In this document: piece after piece, positions 18,310 through 27,974 of the stretch | Layout: every line of letters starts with the position of its first letter | How positions within the stretch are numbered: the first letter of the stretch is position 1 | Assembly (NCBI GenBank): GCA_965203515.1 | Contig: OZ241907.1 | Location: 989,730-1,053,729, forward strand | Direction: 5' to 3' | Origin: Spirochaetia bacterium | Lineage (GTDB): Bacteria; Spirochaetota; Spirochaetia; SZUA-6; Bin103 | DNA length: 64,000 bases | Translations under genes and position numbers: made by a program | The notes under the pieces: generated by a model | Database searches by the model: none | The model's input: only the letters and a program-made list of their open reading frames with translations | What the model was told of the DNA's origin: nothing

Positions 18310-19893
18310 CTACCTGCCGGCGGCGGCCAGCGACTCCAGGAGCCGGTCGAGGCCGGCGTTCATCATGTCCTGCACGTAGCCGTCCCACGAAGCGGCGACG
18401 TCGATCGCGCCGGTGATCGCCTTCCAGGCGAATTCCTGCTCGATCGTCTTGAGGTTGCCGGCCAGGGCGCGCTCATCCTCGTTCCAATCGGGGCTGAAGC
18501 CGATACCGGGGCCGAGCGTCTGATTGGCCTCGATCCAGGACTGCAGCGCGTGGCGGTTCGGCGCGATGTACACCTTGTCGACCGGCGGCACGATGTGCGC
18601 GGGGCTGATCATGCGCACGCCGAGCAGCGCGCCGGAGGGGCCGTCCTTGGCCGAGCCGGTCCCCGGGATGGCGACGTGATAGCCGTTCCGATCGATCTGC
18701 CAGGTCTCGTCCCGTTCGCCGCCGTAGAAGACGTTGGCGTACACCTCGGCGTCCGAGAACTGATCTTCCAGGATCTGCATGATCTTGATCAGGACCTCGT
18801 CGCTGGTGTTGGCGCCGATCGCGATCGGACTCCAGTTGGGGTTGCGGTACCAGGTGCCGCGGCCGCCGGTCGGTCCCACCGGGGTGATCGAGTAGGCGAT
18901 GTCGGCATCGGGATGGGTTTCGCGCAGCGCTCCCCACGGCCCGGCGCCGTACTGGGACTGCCAGGCGTCCAGCTCCGACCACGCCCCGAACTCGTCGTTG
19001 GCCATGGCCCGCACCACGTCGGCGCGCACCGCGGTCGGCGTGTCGGGATGGATGATCTCCTGCTCCCACCAGGTGTTGACGTAGATCAGCGCGTCCCGGT
19101 AGGCGGGGTCCACCAACGAGTAGTAGCCGGCGCCGTCGCGCACGTCCCAGACGTGCAATTGGATGCCGAAGGCGCCGAACACGTTGGGCAGGACCGTGCG
19201 CTGAAAGTCCGGACTGTTCTTCCACACCATGTAGCCGTAGGAGTCCTTGCGGCCGTCGCCGTCGGGGTCGGCGTTGCGGAACCTCAGCAGCAGGTCCTCG
19301 ATCTCCTCGATGCTGTCCGGGCCGCGGAAGAACTCGCGGTCGGGCACCGGTTCGGGCTCGTAGCCGACGGCGCGCATCCAGTCGGCGCGGAAGCCGATCA
19401 CCTGTCCGGTCGATGCCATCGACAGGGCGGTCGGGATCGCGTAGTTGGCGCCGTCGACGGTGGTCCGCTCCCACATCGCGTCGCCGGTGTAGTGCTCCTG
19501 CCACCGCATCCAGTTGGGCATGTGCTCCATGATCAGCTCGCGGGGCACCGGCCGGACCATGCCGGTGTCGACGCACTCGCCGAGCGATGCTTTACAGGCG
19601 CCCAGGTTCGGCAGGTCGCCGGTCGCCAGACGGACCTGGATGGCCGCCGTGTCGTACGCGTCGATGTCGTACCACGGCTCCAGGTTCACGCCGTACCGCT
19701 CTTCGAGGTAGCGCTCGGTCCAGGTGTCGGGCCCCAGCGTCGTGCCGCGCGGCGTGAACGGGATCAAGCTGATCGTCAGCCGCTCGCCGGCGGCAGCCTC
19801 CGATTCGGCGGCGCCGAACGCCGCGGCCGCCGCGGCGAGCAGCACCAGCGCCGCGGCCGACCGCCGCAACGCGGTTCTCGTCGTCTCTCTCAT
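18310..19893 (-). CDS. ABC transporter extracellular solute-binding protein (family 1, oligosaccharide-type)
   Basis: Signal peptide plus Ala-rich region, about 520 aa SBP-like; GGAGGAG SD upstream of the ATG at 19893. Confidence 0.8.
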   Translation of the reverse strand: MRETTRTALRRSAAALVLLAAAAAAFGAAESEAAAGERLTISLIPFTPRGTTLGPDTWTERYLEERYGVNLEPWYDIDAYDTAAIQVRLATGDLPNLGACKASLGECVDTGMVRPVPRELIMEHMPNWMRWQEHYTGDAMWERTTVDGANYAIPTALSMASTGQVIGFRADWMRAVGYEPEPVPDREFFRGPDSIEEIEDLLLRFRNADPDGDGRKDSYGYMVWKNSPDFQRTVLPNVFGAFGIQLHVWDVRDGAGYYSLVDPAYRDALIYVNTWWEQEIIHPDTPTAVRADVVRAMANDEFGAWSELDAWQSQYGAGPWGALRETHPDADIAYSITPVGPTGGRGTWYRNPNWSPIAIGANTSDEVLIKIMQILEDQFSDAEVYANVFYGGERDETWQIDRNGYHVAIPGTGSAKDGPSGALLGVRMISPAHIVPPVDKVYIAPNRHALQSWIEANQTLGPGIGFSPDWNEDERALAGNLKTIEQEFAWKAITGAIDVAASWDGYVQDMMNAGLDRLLESLAAAGR

Positions 19894-19952
19894 CTGCACT
19901 CTCCTCCTCGGGGTCGGGATCGTTGCGCCATCGTATCAGAAATCGTCCTGGC

Positions 19953-20900
19953 TCAGCCCTTGACCGAGCCGAGCATGATGCCCTTCACGAAATAGCGCTG
20001 TATGAACGGGTAGACCAGCACGATCGGCCCGATCGACACGAACAGGAGCGCCGCCTTGACCGTCTCGGCGGTGATGTTGCGAATGTCCAGATCGGTCAGC
20101 AGCTCCAGTTCCGAGGTGACCTGATTTTCGATCAGCACCCGGCGCAGCAGCACCTGCAGGACGGTCAGATCGCGGCGCGGCGTGAACACCAGGGGAAAGA
20201 ACCAGTCGTTCCAGTGCGCGACCGCCGCCCACAACGCCACGGTCGCCACGACCGGGGTCGACAGCGGCACGATGATGCGGAACAGCACCTGCGTGAGGTT
20301 GGCGCCGTCGATGGTCGCGCTCTCGGTCATCTCGGCCGGGATCTCGCGGAAGAAGTTGCGCATGATGATGATGTAGTAGGCGCTGGCCGCCATGTGCAGG
20401 ATCCAGGCGGCGCGGGTGTTGAGCAGGCCGAGCTGCCGGTACCAGAGGAACGTCGGGATCAGACCGCCGGAGAAGAACATGGTGAACACGATGAAGAAGG
20501 TGATCGCCTTGATCCCCGGCAGCGTCCGGTCGGCAAGCCCGTAGGCGGCGGTGAAGCTGACCAGCAGGATCACGGCGGTGCCGGCGGCGGTCTTGAACGC
20601 CGAGTTCAGATAGGCGGTGCCCAGGATGTCGTTGCCGAACACCTGCCGGTAGTTGCGCAGCGTCGCGTCCGCCGGCCACAGCTTGATGCGGTCCTGCACC
20701 GAAGCGGCCGGCGTGTTGAAGGAATCGACCAGCATCGACCAGAACGGGTACAGGATCGACAGCGCGAACAGCGCCATCACCGCGTAGGCGAGCGCATCGA
20801 CCGTGCGGTCCTCCAGCAAGCGTCGGCGTGCCGCCGCCGGCGTACCGCCGTCGGCGTGCCGCCGCGTTCCGGCCCTTGCCGACACCGGCGCTCCGGTCAC
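19953..20900 (-). CDS. carbohydrate ABC transporter permease (MalG-like)
   Basis: 6-TM permease with EAA-like loop; GTG start at 20900 overlaps the upstream permease stop. Confidence 0.8.
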   Translation of the reverse strand: MTGAPVSARAGTRRHADGGTPAAARRRLLEDRTVDALAYAVMALFALSILYPFWSMLVDSFNTPAASVQDRIKLWPADATLRNYRQVFGNDILGTAYLNSAFKTAAGTAVILLVSFTAAYGLADRTLPGIKAITFFIVFTMFFSGGLIPTFLWYRQLGLLNTRAAWILHMAASAYYIIIMRNFFREIPAEMTESATIDGANLTQVLFRIIVPLSTPVVATVALWAAVAHWNDWFFPLVFTPRRDLTVLQVLLRRVLIENQVTSELELLTDLDIRNITAETVKAALLFVSIGPIVLVYPFIQRYFVKGIMLGSVKG

Positions 20901-21796
20901 GTCAGCGAGTACGCGCCCGCCTGCCCCAGGCGCTTGACGAACAGGTTTGCGGCGACCAGCGCGGCCAGACCGACCAGGTTCTGGAACAGGCCGGCGGCCG
21001 CGGCAAAGCTGTACCGGAACTCCTCCAGCCCCATGCGGTAGATGTAGGTGCCGAGTATGTCGCCGAAATCGTACACCAGCGGGTTGTAGAGGTTGAATAT
21101 CTGGTCGAAGCCGTGCTCCAGGATGTTGCCGAGCTGCAGCAGGAACAGGATGACGATCACGAAGGTGATGGAGGGCAGGGTGATGTGGCGCATCTTCCGG
21201 ATGCGCCCGGCGCCGTCGATCTCGGCCGACTCGTAGAGGCCCGGATCGATGCCGCTGATCGCCGCCAGGTAGATGATCGACCCCCAGCCGATCCCCTTCC
21301 AGATGTCCGACGCCAGGACGATGCCCAGGAACCAGTCCGAGCGCTGCAGGAACAGGATCGGGCCCCCGCCGCCGAGCGCCTCGACCAGCAGGTTGAGCGG
21401 GCCGTTGCTGGCGGTCAGCGGCCGGATCATGCTGGCCACCACCACCCACGACAGGAAGTGCGGCAGGTAGCTGATCGTCTGCACCACGCGCTTGAAGCGC
21501 AGGTGTCTGATTTCGTTCAACAGCAGCGCAAAGACGATCGGCATGAAGAAGGCGATGCCCATGCGCAGCACGCCGTTGATGAAGATCGTGTTGCGCAGCA
21601 CGCGGAAGAAATCGGGGGCCGCCAGCAGGCGGTCGAAGTACTTCCAGCCCGCCCAGGGGCTGCCGAACAGGCCCAGGGTGACGTTGAACTGCTTCCAGGC
21701 CAGCACGATGCCGGCCATCGGCACGTAGCGGAACACCACGAACAGCAGCAACGCCGGGATCAGGAGCAGGTAGCGCTCCCGGTACTTGCGGATCAC
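20897..21796 (-). CDS. carbohydrate ABC transporter permease (MalF/LplB-like)
   Basis: Polytopic permease (FINGVLRMG...EAA-like loop). GTG start at 21796 forms a GTGA overlap with the stop of the large helicase gene. Confidence 0.75.
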   Translation of the reverse strand: MIRKYRERYLLLIPALLLFVVFRYVPMAGIVLAWKQFNVTLGLFGSPWAGWKYFDRLLAAPDFFRVLRNTIFINGVLRMGIAFFMPIVFALLLNEIRHLRFKRVVQTISYLPHFLSWVVVASMIRPLTASNGPLNLLVEALGGGGPILFLQRSDWFLGIVLASDIWKGIGWGSIIYLAAISGIDPGLYESAEIDGAGRIRKMRHITLPSITFVIVILFLLQLGNILEHGFDQIFNLYNPLVYDFGDILGTYIYRMGLEEFRYSFAAAAGLFQNLVGLAALVAANLFVKRLGQAGAYSLT

Positions 21797-24700
21797 CGGT
21801 CCGGCGGCGGATCGGCGATGAGCGACAGTTGCTCGATCTTGCGGGTCACCCGCGCGACGTCGCGCTTCCGGTCGCGGCGCCGCCAGATCGCCAGCGCGTC
21901 GTGGTGCCGCCCCTCGCGTTCGTACACGCGCGCCAGCCCGATCTCGTCGCCGGCCGCCTGGCAGCAGCGGCGCGCGTCGTCGAAGTGCCCGGCGTCCCGA
22001 AAGGTCCTGGCCGCATCCCGCAGCTCGCCGGCTTCTTCCAGGAGGCGTCCGGCCCGGCCGTGGTCGTCGTGCAGCCGGCACACGCTCGCCGCCTCATGCA
22101 CGTCGCCGAGTTCGCGCAGCACCTCGGCCGCCGTCCGGTAGTGGGTGGGGCTGCGCGCGAACAGCAGGTAGTTCCCGGCGGTCGGCGTGACGTCGTGCAG
22201 CCGCGCATCCAGCTCGTCCAGTTCGCCTATCAAACCGCACAGCTGCAGTTCGGGATCGCCGGTCTCCTCGATCGCGCGCGCGAGCCGCTCGGCGAAGGAC
22301 GCCCGCCGCCACTGCTCATCATCCGGGTCGTTCGCGATATGCCGGGTCATGATCAGGACGATCTGGTTGAGCAGGCGCAGATCGATGAGCATCTCGCACA
22401 ACTCGTCGAACAGGGGGATCGTCATGCTGGCGTACCTGGGCTGGGAGGCCAGGATGCCGGCGACGCGCTCGCGCCGGTCGACTTCGTCGCCGCGGTACAG
22501 GCCGGCGTGCAGCAGGCGCACGACGATCTCCAGGTAGGCGTCGGACTGATTCCACAGACCCTCCAGCGAGCCGTCCCGGGCGCGCGCAAGCCGCTCCAAT
22601 TCGTCGAGCGGAAGCACCAGGTCGGGCCGTGCGTCGAGATAGGCGGAGGCGCGGTCGGCGTAACCATGCCGCAGAAAGAAGCGGATCGCCTCTTCGTGCC
22701 GTTCGAGCCGCGCATACTCCCCGCAGACATCGTCGACGTAGGGCGCCCCCCTTGCCGGCCCCCCGATGACCAACTCCAGCGCCAGGAAGTGGGCCAGGGC
22801 GCGTTCGTGCTCGCCGGCCGCCCGCAGGCGCCTGCCGGCACGGTTCAACTGCTCGATCCGCTCGGGGCGTCCTTCCCACGCGTGGAACACGTACGCGCAC
22901 AGGTAGTCGATCTCCTTCTTCTGGAGGTCGGGATCGCCGGTGCGGGCGATCTCCTGCGCCGCTTCGCGGTACCGGCCGACCCGCCCCAGACAGGCGGCGG
23001 CGGGCGCGTGCGCGCCGGCCTGCCGGTACAGTTCGATGGCGCGCGGAAGCTGCCCCTGCCGGCGTTCGAAGATGCGCGCCGCCGCCTCGGTCCGCCCCAG
23101 GGCGGCCAGGCGGACCGCCGCCTTGATCCCCGGCCGCTTCGGGCTGATCGCCGCCAGTCGCCGTTCCAGGTCGGCCCGGTTGCGCTCCGCGCGCCCGACG
23201 TAGGTGCGGAAGCACTCGATGGCTCGATCCAGGTTGTCCAGTTTCTCGAACAGCAGGCCCGCTTCGTAATACGCCTCGCTGCGCAGCAGGCAGCGCAGCA
23301 ACGCGTGATCGTCTTTCAGGCGCCGGTACAGGGGAACGGCCTTGTGGTGCTGGCCGGCGCGTTCGAACTCGTGGGCCGCCTCCTCCGGCAGGCCGGCGCG
23401 CCGGAACTGCACCGCCGCGGCGGCGTGATCGCCGGCGAGTTTCAGGTGGCGCGCCGCATCGGCTCGCCGGTCGCGGCTCAGGTAGTGCTCGGCGAGCAGG
23501 CGGTGCTCGCCGGCCCGCTCCCAGTTGCGCACCATGCGCTGCTCGTCGCCCAGTTGCCGCCATCGCGCGGCGGCCTTGACGTAGCGGCCGTCCGCCTCGA
23601 AGTGGCGCGCGTCGCAGGTCAGGGCGCGGCGTTCGTCGCCGGCGCGGCGCCACGCGCGCGCCGCTTCGCGGAAGGCTTCGCCGCGCTCCAGGTTCTCCGC
23701 CGCCCGCGCCGGGTAGCCGCGCCCGGCGAACAGGTCGGCCGCGGCGCGGTGATCGCCCTCCCGTTCCAGCCGGTGCGCGCGCGCCAGCTCCTCCCTGGCC
23801 GGCGCGGCGGCGTTGCGGTAGCACTCCTCGGCGGCGGCGAAGTGCTCGCGGTCGAAGAAGTAGTCCCCCTGGAGCTCCCACTCGGCGGGGCTCGACACGC
23901 GCTGCCAGAGGGTGGCGAGCGCCTGCGGGTCGCCGGAGCGGAACACGTGCTCGGCCAGCCCGCCGATCGTCCAGACCGGTCCGGCGTCCGGACCGTCCCA
24001 GATCACCAGGGTGTTGCGCGCGCGCGTCACGGCCACGTACAGCAGGTTGATCTCGTGCCGGACGTGCGGCGCGTCCGCGTCCGCGTGGCGGCGTTCCTGG
24101 GCGATGCGGCGCCAGCGCGCCGCCGAGCCGTCCGACTCCGTGAACCGCCAGAGCAGCACGGCGTCGAACTCCAGGCCCTTGGCGTCGTTGATGGTGAACA
24201 CCAGCTCGGTCCGCAGCTCCGCGCGCAGGCGGTCGCGTTCCGCCGGCGTGCGCACCAGCACGACCTGACCGGCGCCGGCGCGGCGCATGGCGCGCAGCAG
24301 CTCCGGTTCGGAGACGCCGTCGACCAGCAGCGGCGGCCGGCCGCGGAAGGTCCAGCGCTCGGCGATCTCGCCGCCGGCCAGACCGACCAGCGACCGTTTC
24401 AGCGCCAGCAGCTCGTTGGCCAGGGCGACGATGTTGCCGACGCTGCGGAAGTTGACGCTGAGGTTGATCACCTCCGGGACGCGCAGGCCGCGCTCGTAGT
24501 AGCGGGCGCGCACCTCCTCCCAGCGGAATCCGCTGGGGTTGATGATCTGCTTGGGGTCGCCGGCCAGCACCGTGCGCAGCGGGTCGGCGGCCAGCCGGAA
24601 CAGCAGCGCCAACTGCACGTCGGTGAAGTCCTGCACCTCGTCGCACACGACCAGGTCGTAGCGGAATCGGTCATCGTCCTGCTCCAGCCGTTGCAGGGCG

Positions 24701-26232
24701 GCGCGCGTCAGGTCGATCTCGTCGAAGCGGGAGCTCCGCTCCAGGCGGTCCTGGTAGTACTCGGCGATCCGGTGGATGTCGCGGCGGTCGAACGGGAAGT
24801 TGGGCGCCCGCTTGCGGCCCAGGCTTTCGTATTCGCGCAACGTCAGCAGCGGCCGGCCGAGGCGCGCCGCCTGCTTGTCGAGCAGGCGCAACGCCGCCTC
24901 CAGCAGGGCCGTCTGGTCGGCGAAGCGCGGCGCGTCCCCGTCGCGCACGCCGGCGGCGAACTCCTGCAGCGTCGCGATCGAGGTGCGGCGTTCGCGCACC
25001 GCGTCGAGCTTGGCGCCGAGCTCCAGGTTGCCCAACCGCACCAGGTACTCGGCCAGCTCGGCGCGCTCCCGCATGGTCGCCTGCGAGCGGACGAAGCGCT
25101 CGGCCAGCTCCGCGAAGCGCCGGCGGCTCACGGGCGGCTTGGCGCCCTTGATGATCGAGCGTATCTCCTCCCACACCAGCTCGGCGTCGTAGCGGTTGGC
25201 GCCCGGATGGTTGTGGAAGATGTCGCGGAACTCCCGCAGCCCGGCCGGCGGCTGCGCGGACGCCGGCCCGCCGGCGGAGAGGATCTCGCGCAGCAGCTCG
25301 GCGAAGGTGGCGAAGCGCGCCGCCTCCGGGGCCGCTTCCAGGTCGGTCGCCGTCACCAGGCCGCGGTAGATGCGCTCCGAGAAGCGCTTCAGGTGCGGGC
25401 TGCCGGTGACGAACAGGGCGCGCTCGCGGGCCGCCGCGGAGGCGGCGGCGGGGATGCCGGCGTCCGGGCCGTCACCGTCCGCGGCGCCGGCGAGCTGGCG
25501 GGCGCGGTGGCGCAGCAGGTAGTAGACGGCGATGGTCGTCTTGCCGCTGCCGGCGGTTCCCGACAGCAGCACCGGCGGCTCGCTGTGCAGCAGGCGCGCC
25601 TGCTCGCCGGTCAGGAAGAGGTAGAGTTGCACGCCGTCGGGGTCTGCGGCGGCCAGCAGCCGGCGCCATTCTTCGTCGTCGACGACCAGCCAGCGCTGCG
25701 GCCCGGCGTCCGGCGCGTCGCCGTCCGGGGCGCCGCCGGCGCGGGCGGTGGCCGGTGCGGTGGAGAACGGGCGCTCGATCGCCGCGCCCAGGTGCTCGTC
25801 GGGCAGGTCGTCCAGGATCAGGTCCGGGACCTCTTCGGCCTGGTCGGCGTGGAAGTCCAGGAACGGCGCGTTGGCGGCGACGATGCGGCGCTCGGCCGCG
25901 GTGACGTCGTCGTGCTTGACCACGCCCCAGACGTAGATGCGGGTCGCGCCGGCGCCGCCGGCAGGGCCGCCGGGCGCGGCGGCGGCGGGCGGGCGCCCCA
26001 GCGTGAACAGGATGCGGTCGCCGCGCGTCAGCCGCGCCTCGAAGACGGAGCGCCCGCCCCTGAGCTTCTTGACGCGGACGCCGATGTCCCACATGCCGTG
26101 CCGCAGGAATTCCAGCTTCTCGCGCAGGCGCTCCTTCTGGCGGCTGCCGAGCGAGGCGAGGTGCGATCGGACCGCGTCGTGGAGGAGCAGGAGGTATTGT
26201 CGTTGCTGCATGAGTGGACGGCGCCGCGCCAT
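21793..26232 (-). CDS. large multidomain protein: RelE/ParE-like N-terminal domain, UvrD-like SF1 helicase core and C-terminal alpha-solenoid (TPR-like, about 19-aa) repeats
   Basis: N-terminus (KKLRGGRSVFEARLTRGDRILFTLG...TRIYVWGVVKHDDV) aligns by eye to RelE/ParE toxins. Helicase motifs: Walker A GTAGSGKTT; motif II VCDEVQDFT; motif III GDPKQII; motif IV NFRS; motif V/VI KGLEFDAV and VAVTRAR. C-terminal 740 aa are repetitive xxAGxxxxAAxxFxRAG units. The 1489-aa ORF on the opposite strand is a GC shadow. Confidence 0.8.
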   Translation of the reverse strand: MARRRPLMQQRQYLLLLHDAVRSHLASLGSRQKERLREKLEFLRHGMWDIGVRVKKLRGGRSVFEARLTRGDRILFTLGRPPAAAAPGGPAGGAGATRIYVWGVVKHDDVTAAERRIVAANAPFLDFHADQAEEVPDLILDDLPDEHLGAAIERPFSTAPATARAGGAPDGDAPDAGPQRWLVVDDEEWRRLLAAADPDGVQLYLFLTGEQARLLHSEPPVLLSGTAGSGKTTIAVYYLLRHRARQLAGAADGDGPDAGIPAAASAAARERALFVTGSPHLKRFSERIYRGLVTATDLEAAPEAARFATFAELLREILSAGGPASAQPPAGLREFRDIFHNHPGANRYDAELVWEEIRSIIKGAKPPVSRRRFAELAERFVRSQATMRERAELAEYLVRLGNLELGAKLDAVRERRTSIATLQEFAAGVRDGDAPRFADQTALLEAALRLLDKQAARLGRPLLTLREYESLGRKRAPNFPFDRRDIHRIAEYYQDRLERSSRFDEIDLTRAALQRLEQDDDRFRYDLVVCDEVQDFTDVQLALLFRLAADPLRTVLAGDPKQIINPSGFRWEEVRARYYERGLRVPEVINLSVNFRSVGNIVALANELLALKRSLVGLAGGEIAERWTFRGRPPLLVDGVSEPELLRAMRRAGAGQVVLVRTPAERDRLRAELRTELVFTINDAKGLEFDAVLLWRFTESDGSAARWRRIAQERRHADADAPHVRHEINLLYVAVTRARNTLVIWDGPDAGPVWTIGGLAEHVFRSGDPQALATLWQRVSSPAEWELQGDYFFDREHFAAAEECYRNAAAPAREELARAHRLEREGDHRAAADLFAGRGYPARAAENLERGEAFREAARAWRRAGDERRALTCDARHFEADGRYVKAAARWRQLGDEQRMVRNWERAGEHRLLAEHYLSRDRRADAARHLKLAGDHAAAAVQFRRAGLPEEAAHEFERAGQHHKAVPLYRRLKDDHALLRCLLRSEAYYEAGLLFEKLDNLDRAIECFRTYVGRAERNRADLERRLAAISPKRPGIKAAVRLAALGRTEAAARIFERRQGQLPRAIELYRQAGAHAPAAACLGRVGRYREAAQEIARTGDPDLQKKEIDYLCAYVFHAWEGRPERIEQLNRAGRRLRAAGEHERALAHFLALELVIGGPARGAPYVDDVCGEYARLERHEEAIRFFLRHGYADRASAYLDARPDLVLPLDELERLARARDGSLEGLWNQSDAYLEIVVRLLHAGLYRGDEVDRRERVAGILASQPRYASMTIPLFDELCEMLIDLRLLNQIVLIMTRHIANDPDDEQWRRASFAERLARAIEETGDPELQLCGLIGELDELDARLHDVTPTAGNYLLFARSPTHYRTAAEVLRELGDVHEAASVCRLHDDHGRAGRLLEEAGELRDAARTFRDAGHFDDARRCCQAAGDEIGLARVYEREGRHHDALAIWRRRDRKRDVARVTRKIEQLSLIADPPPDR

Positions 26233-26310
26233 CGTACCCCATCCGGCGGGGTGGGTGCGTCACCCCCAGTGGACCGGACCGAGCGCCTTGACGCTTGACG
26301 TCCGCCGTCA

Positions 26311-26619
26311 ATGCTCGCCAAGCTGGGGGCCGTCGTGATTCTTGGATACCGGGACAAGCGAACCGAGCGGTTCGCCTCCGGAGAACGGGTCCCGGCGTTC
26401 CAGGAATTCGAGAGGCAGGCGGCGAAGCGACTGGCGATCCTGGACGCGGCACCGTCATTGGACACGTTGAGAGCGTTGCCAAGCAATCGTCTGGAAGCCC
26501 TCAAAGGGGATAGACAAGGGCAGTACGCGATTCGGGTAAACCTGCAATGGCGTATCTGCTTCTCATGGCCCACGAGCAGTCAGGGTCCGATCGATGTCGA
26601 AATCATCGACTATCATTAG
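26311..26619 (+). CDS. higB: HigB toxin (RelE/ParE superfamily plasmid-maintenance killer protein)
   Basis: RLEALKGDRQGQYAIRVNLQWRICFSW...VEIIDYH matches the HigB consensus; precedes higA. A GTG at about 26335 is an alternative start. Confidence 0.8.
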   Translation: MLAKLGAVVILGYRDKRTERFASGERVPAFQEFERQAAKRLAILDAAPSLDTLRALPSNRLEALKGDRQGQYAIRVNLQWRICFSWPTSSQGPIDVEIIDYH

Positions 26620-26678
26620 GAGAGCGAGGTGTAGCAATGTGATACGTAACTGAGCAGCAGCTTATGAACTTTGTCTAA

Positions 26679-26993
26679 ATGGAGATGAGAATGTTTAAGA
26701 GAGCCGTTCATCCTGGAGAGGTTCTGCGAGACGAGCTCGCGGAAATGGGAGTGAGCCGGACCACCTTTGCGCGCGAAATCGCCGTGCCGCCGAATCGTGT
26801 CGGACAGATCATCGCCGGAAAGCGTTCCGTGACGGGGGACACTGCCTTGCGATTCGGGCATTGGTTCGGAGTCGATCCTCAATTCTGGCTGAATCTGCAG
26901 GCTCAGTTCGACTTGGTGACCGCCGATCAGCGAGTCGGAGCGGTCATCCGGGAGCTGCCCACCGCAGACCGAGTCGAGACCGGGTATGAATGA
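26679..26993 (+). CDS. higA: HigA antitoxin (XRE-family HTH)
   Basis: VHPGEVLRDEL...GDTALRFGHWFGVDPQFWLNLQAQFDL is a near-textbook HigA. Confidence 0.85.
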   Translation: MEMRMFKRAVHPGEVLRDELAEMGVSRTTFAREIAVPPNRVGQIIAGKRSVTGDTALRFGHWFGVDPQFWLNLQAQFDLVTADQRVGAVIRELPTADRVETGYE

Positions 26994-26999
26994 ACCCGC

Positions 27000-27974
27000 T
27001 CAACGTTGATCGATCGTCTCGGCTCGCGTGAAGTTCATGTACCTGCCGGACGAAATCCGGCGCGCCCGCTGGCGACCGGTGACGCCGAGCGCGGCCCGCG
27101 TCGCCTCGTCGTCCAGACCGCCATGGCCGATCAAGGCGCGGGCGGCGGCAAGGCTGATCGGCGCTCGCCAGATCGGCCAAGTGAAGGAGAAGGCGCCGTG
27201 ATCCCGGGAGCCGCCGAGTAGCTCCAATCGAATGTCCGGTCCCCTCCGACGCGGCGTCACGGTCAAGACGGACAGACCGACCGCGGCGAGTCGGTTGGCG
27301 CCGTGCTGGGTGGTCTCCTTGGTCTTCGCGTCGGTCGGATCGGTCGCGCGAAGTGCGTGGCGCACGTCCTCATGCGGGTCCCAGCGAAACGACTGCGTCG
27401 CATCCAACCGTTCCCACGGGAGGAACAGCGCTTCGCGAAGGCACTCGCCTTCCGTGATCGCGACCTTGGAGCGGCCCGTGCCTCGGGCAGGAGGCGTCCG
27501 TTCCTGCAGCACGGAGCCCAACCGTTCCAGGAAGTGTTGGCGACCTTGGCCGAACAACAGACACAGCGGCGTCGGTTCCGCTTCCTGTTGCTTGTCCCGA
27601 TCGCGAATCGCGGCGTCACTCACCAGTGCCGCCCACAGGTCGGCGGCATAGCGATCATCGCGGGACGCGCGGAGCTTTCCGGCGGCGTCCTCCGGCGACA
27701 ACTTCAAGTCCTTGACCGGTTCGAAGCGATGCCGGCCAGCCAGTTCCGCCAGCCCGGCCGCTACGGCCGTCACGATCGAATCTTCCGACACCGGCTGAGC
27801 CACGTGCAGCACCGGCCGCACCGGCGGGTCGTCGACAGTCCACGAGACTCGCGGCAGCCACGACGGCTCGGCTTCTTCGAGAACCCGCAGCAGCCCCAGC
27901 AGCGCCATGAAGGCGAGCAGATTGTCCGGCTCGAGGCCGCTCAGACGGTGGCGTATCTCTGCGTTCATTGCCAT
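27000..27974 (-). CDS. CRISPR-associated protein, putative Cas8u-like large subunit (Csb3/Cas8u1-type; tentative)
   Basis: Last gene of the effector operon; its ATG shares one base with the cas3 stop (TGATG). About 324 aa with no family recognisable by eye. Assignment rests on position and the gene order csb1-csb2-cas3-csb3 recalled for type I-U/I-G variants. Confidence 0.4.
   Translation of the reverse strand: MAMNAEIRHRLSGLEPDNLLAFMALLGLLRVLEEAEPSWLPRVSWTVDDPPVRPVLHVAQPVSEDSIVTAVAAGLAELAGRHRFEPVKDLKLSPEDAAGKLRASRDDRYAADLWAALVSDAAIRDRDKQQEAEPTPLCLLFGQGRQHFLERLGSVLQERTPPARGTGRSKVAITEGECLREALFLPWERLDATQSFRWDPHEDVRHALRATDPTDAKTKETTQHGANRLAAVGLSVLTVTPRRRGPDIRLELLGGSRDHGAFSFTWPIWRAPISLAAARALIGHGGLDDEATRAALGVTGRQRARRISSGRYMNFTRAETIDQR

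Noticed and set aside
14926-18379. Several 330-460-aa plus-strand ORFs overlapping the DUF3500, sialidase and PhyH genes
   Set aside because: Repetitive Arg/Ala/Gly composition and no motifs. The genes are on the minus strand.
18283-19995. 570-aa plus-strand ORF and 367-aa minus-strand alternate frame overlapping the solute-binding protein gene
   Set aside because: Shadow ORFs. Only the 18310-19893 minus frame has a signal peptide and SBP-like sequence.
21829-26298. 1489-aa ORF on the plus strand, opposite the large helicase gene
   Set aside because: No motifs and Arg/Ala/Gly-rich composition; a classic antisense shadow in high-GC DNA. The minus-strand frame carries full helicase motifs.
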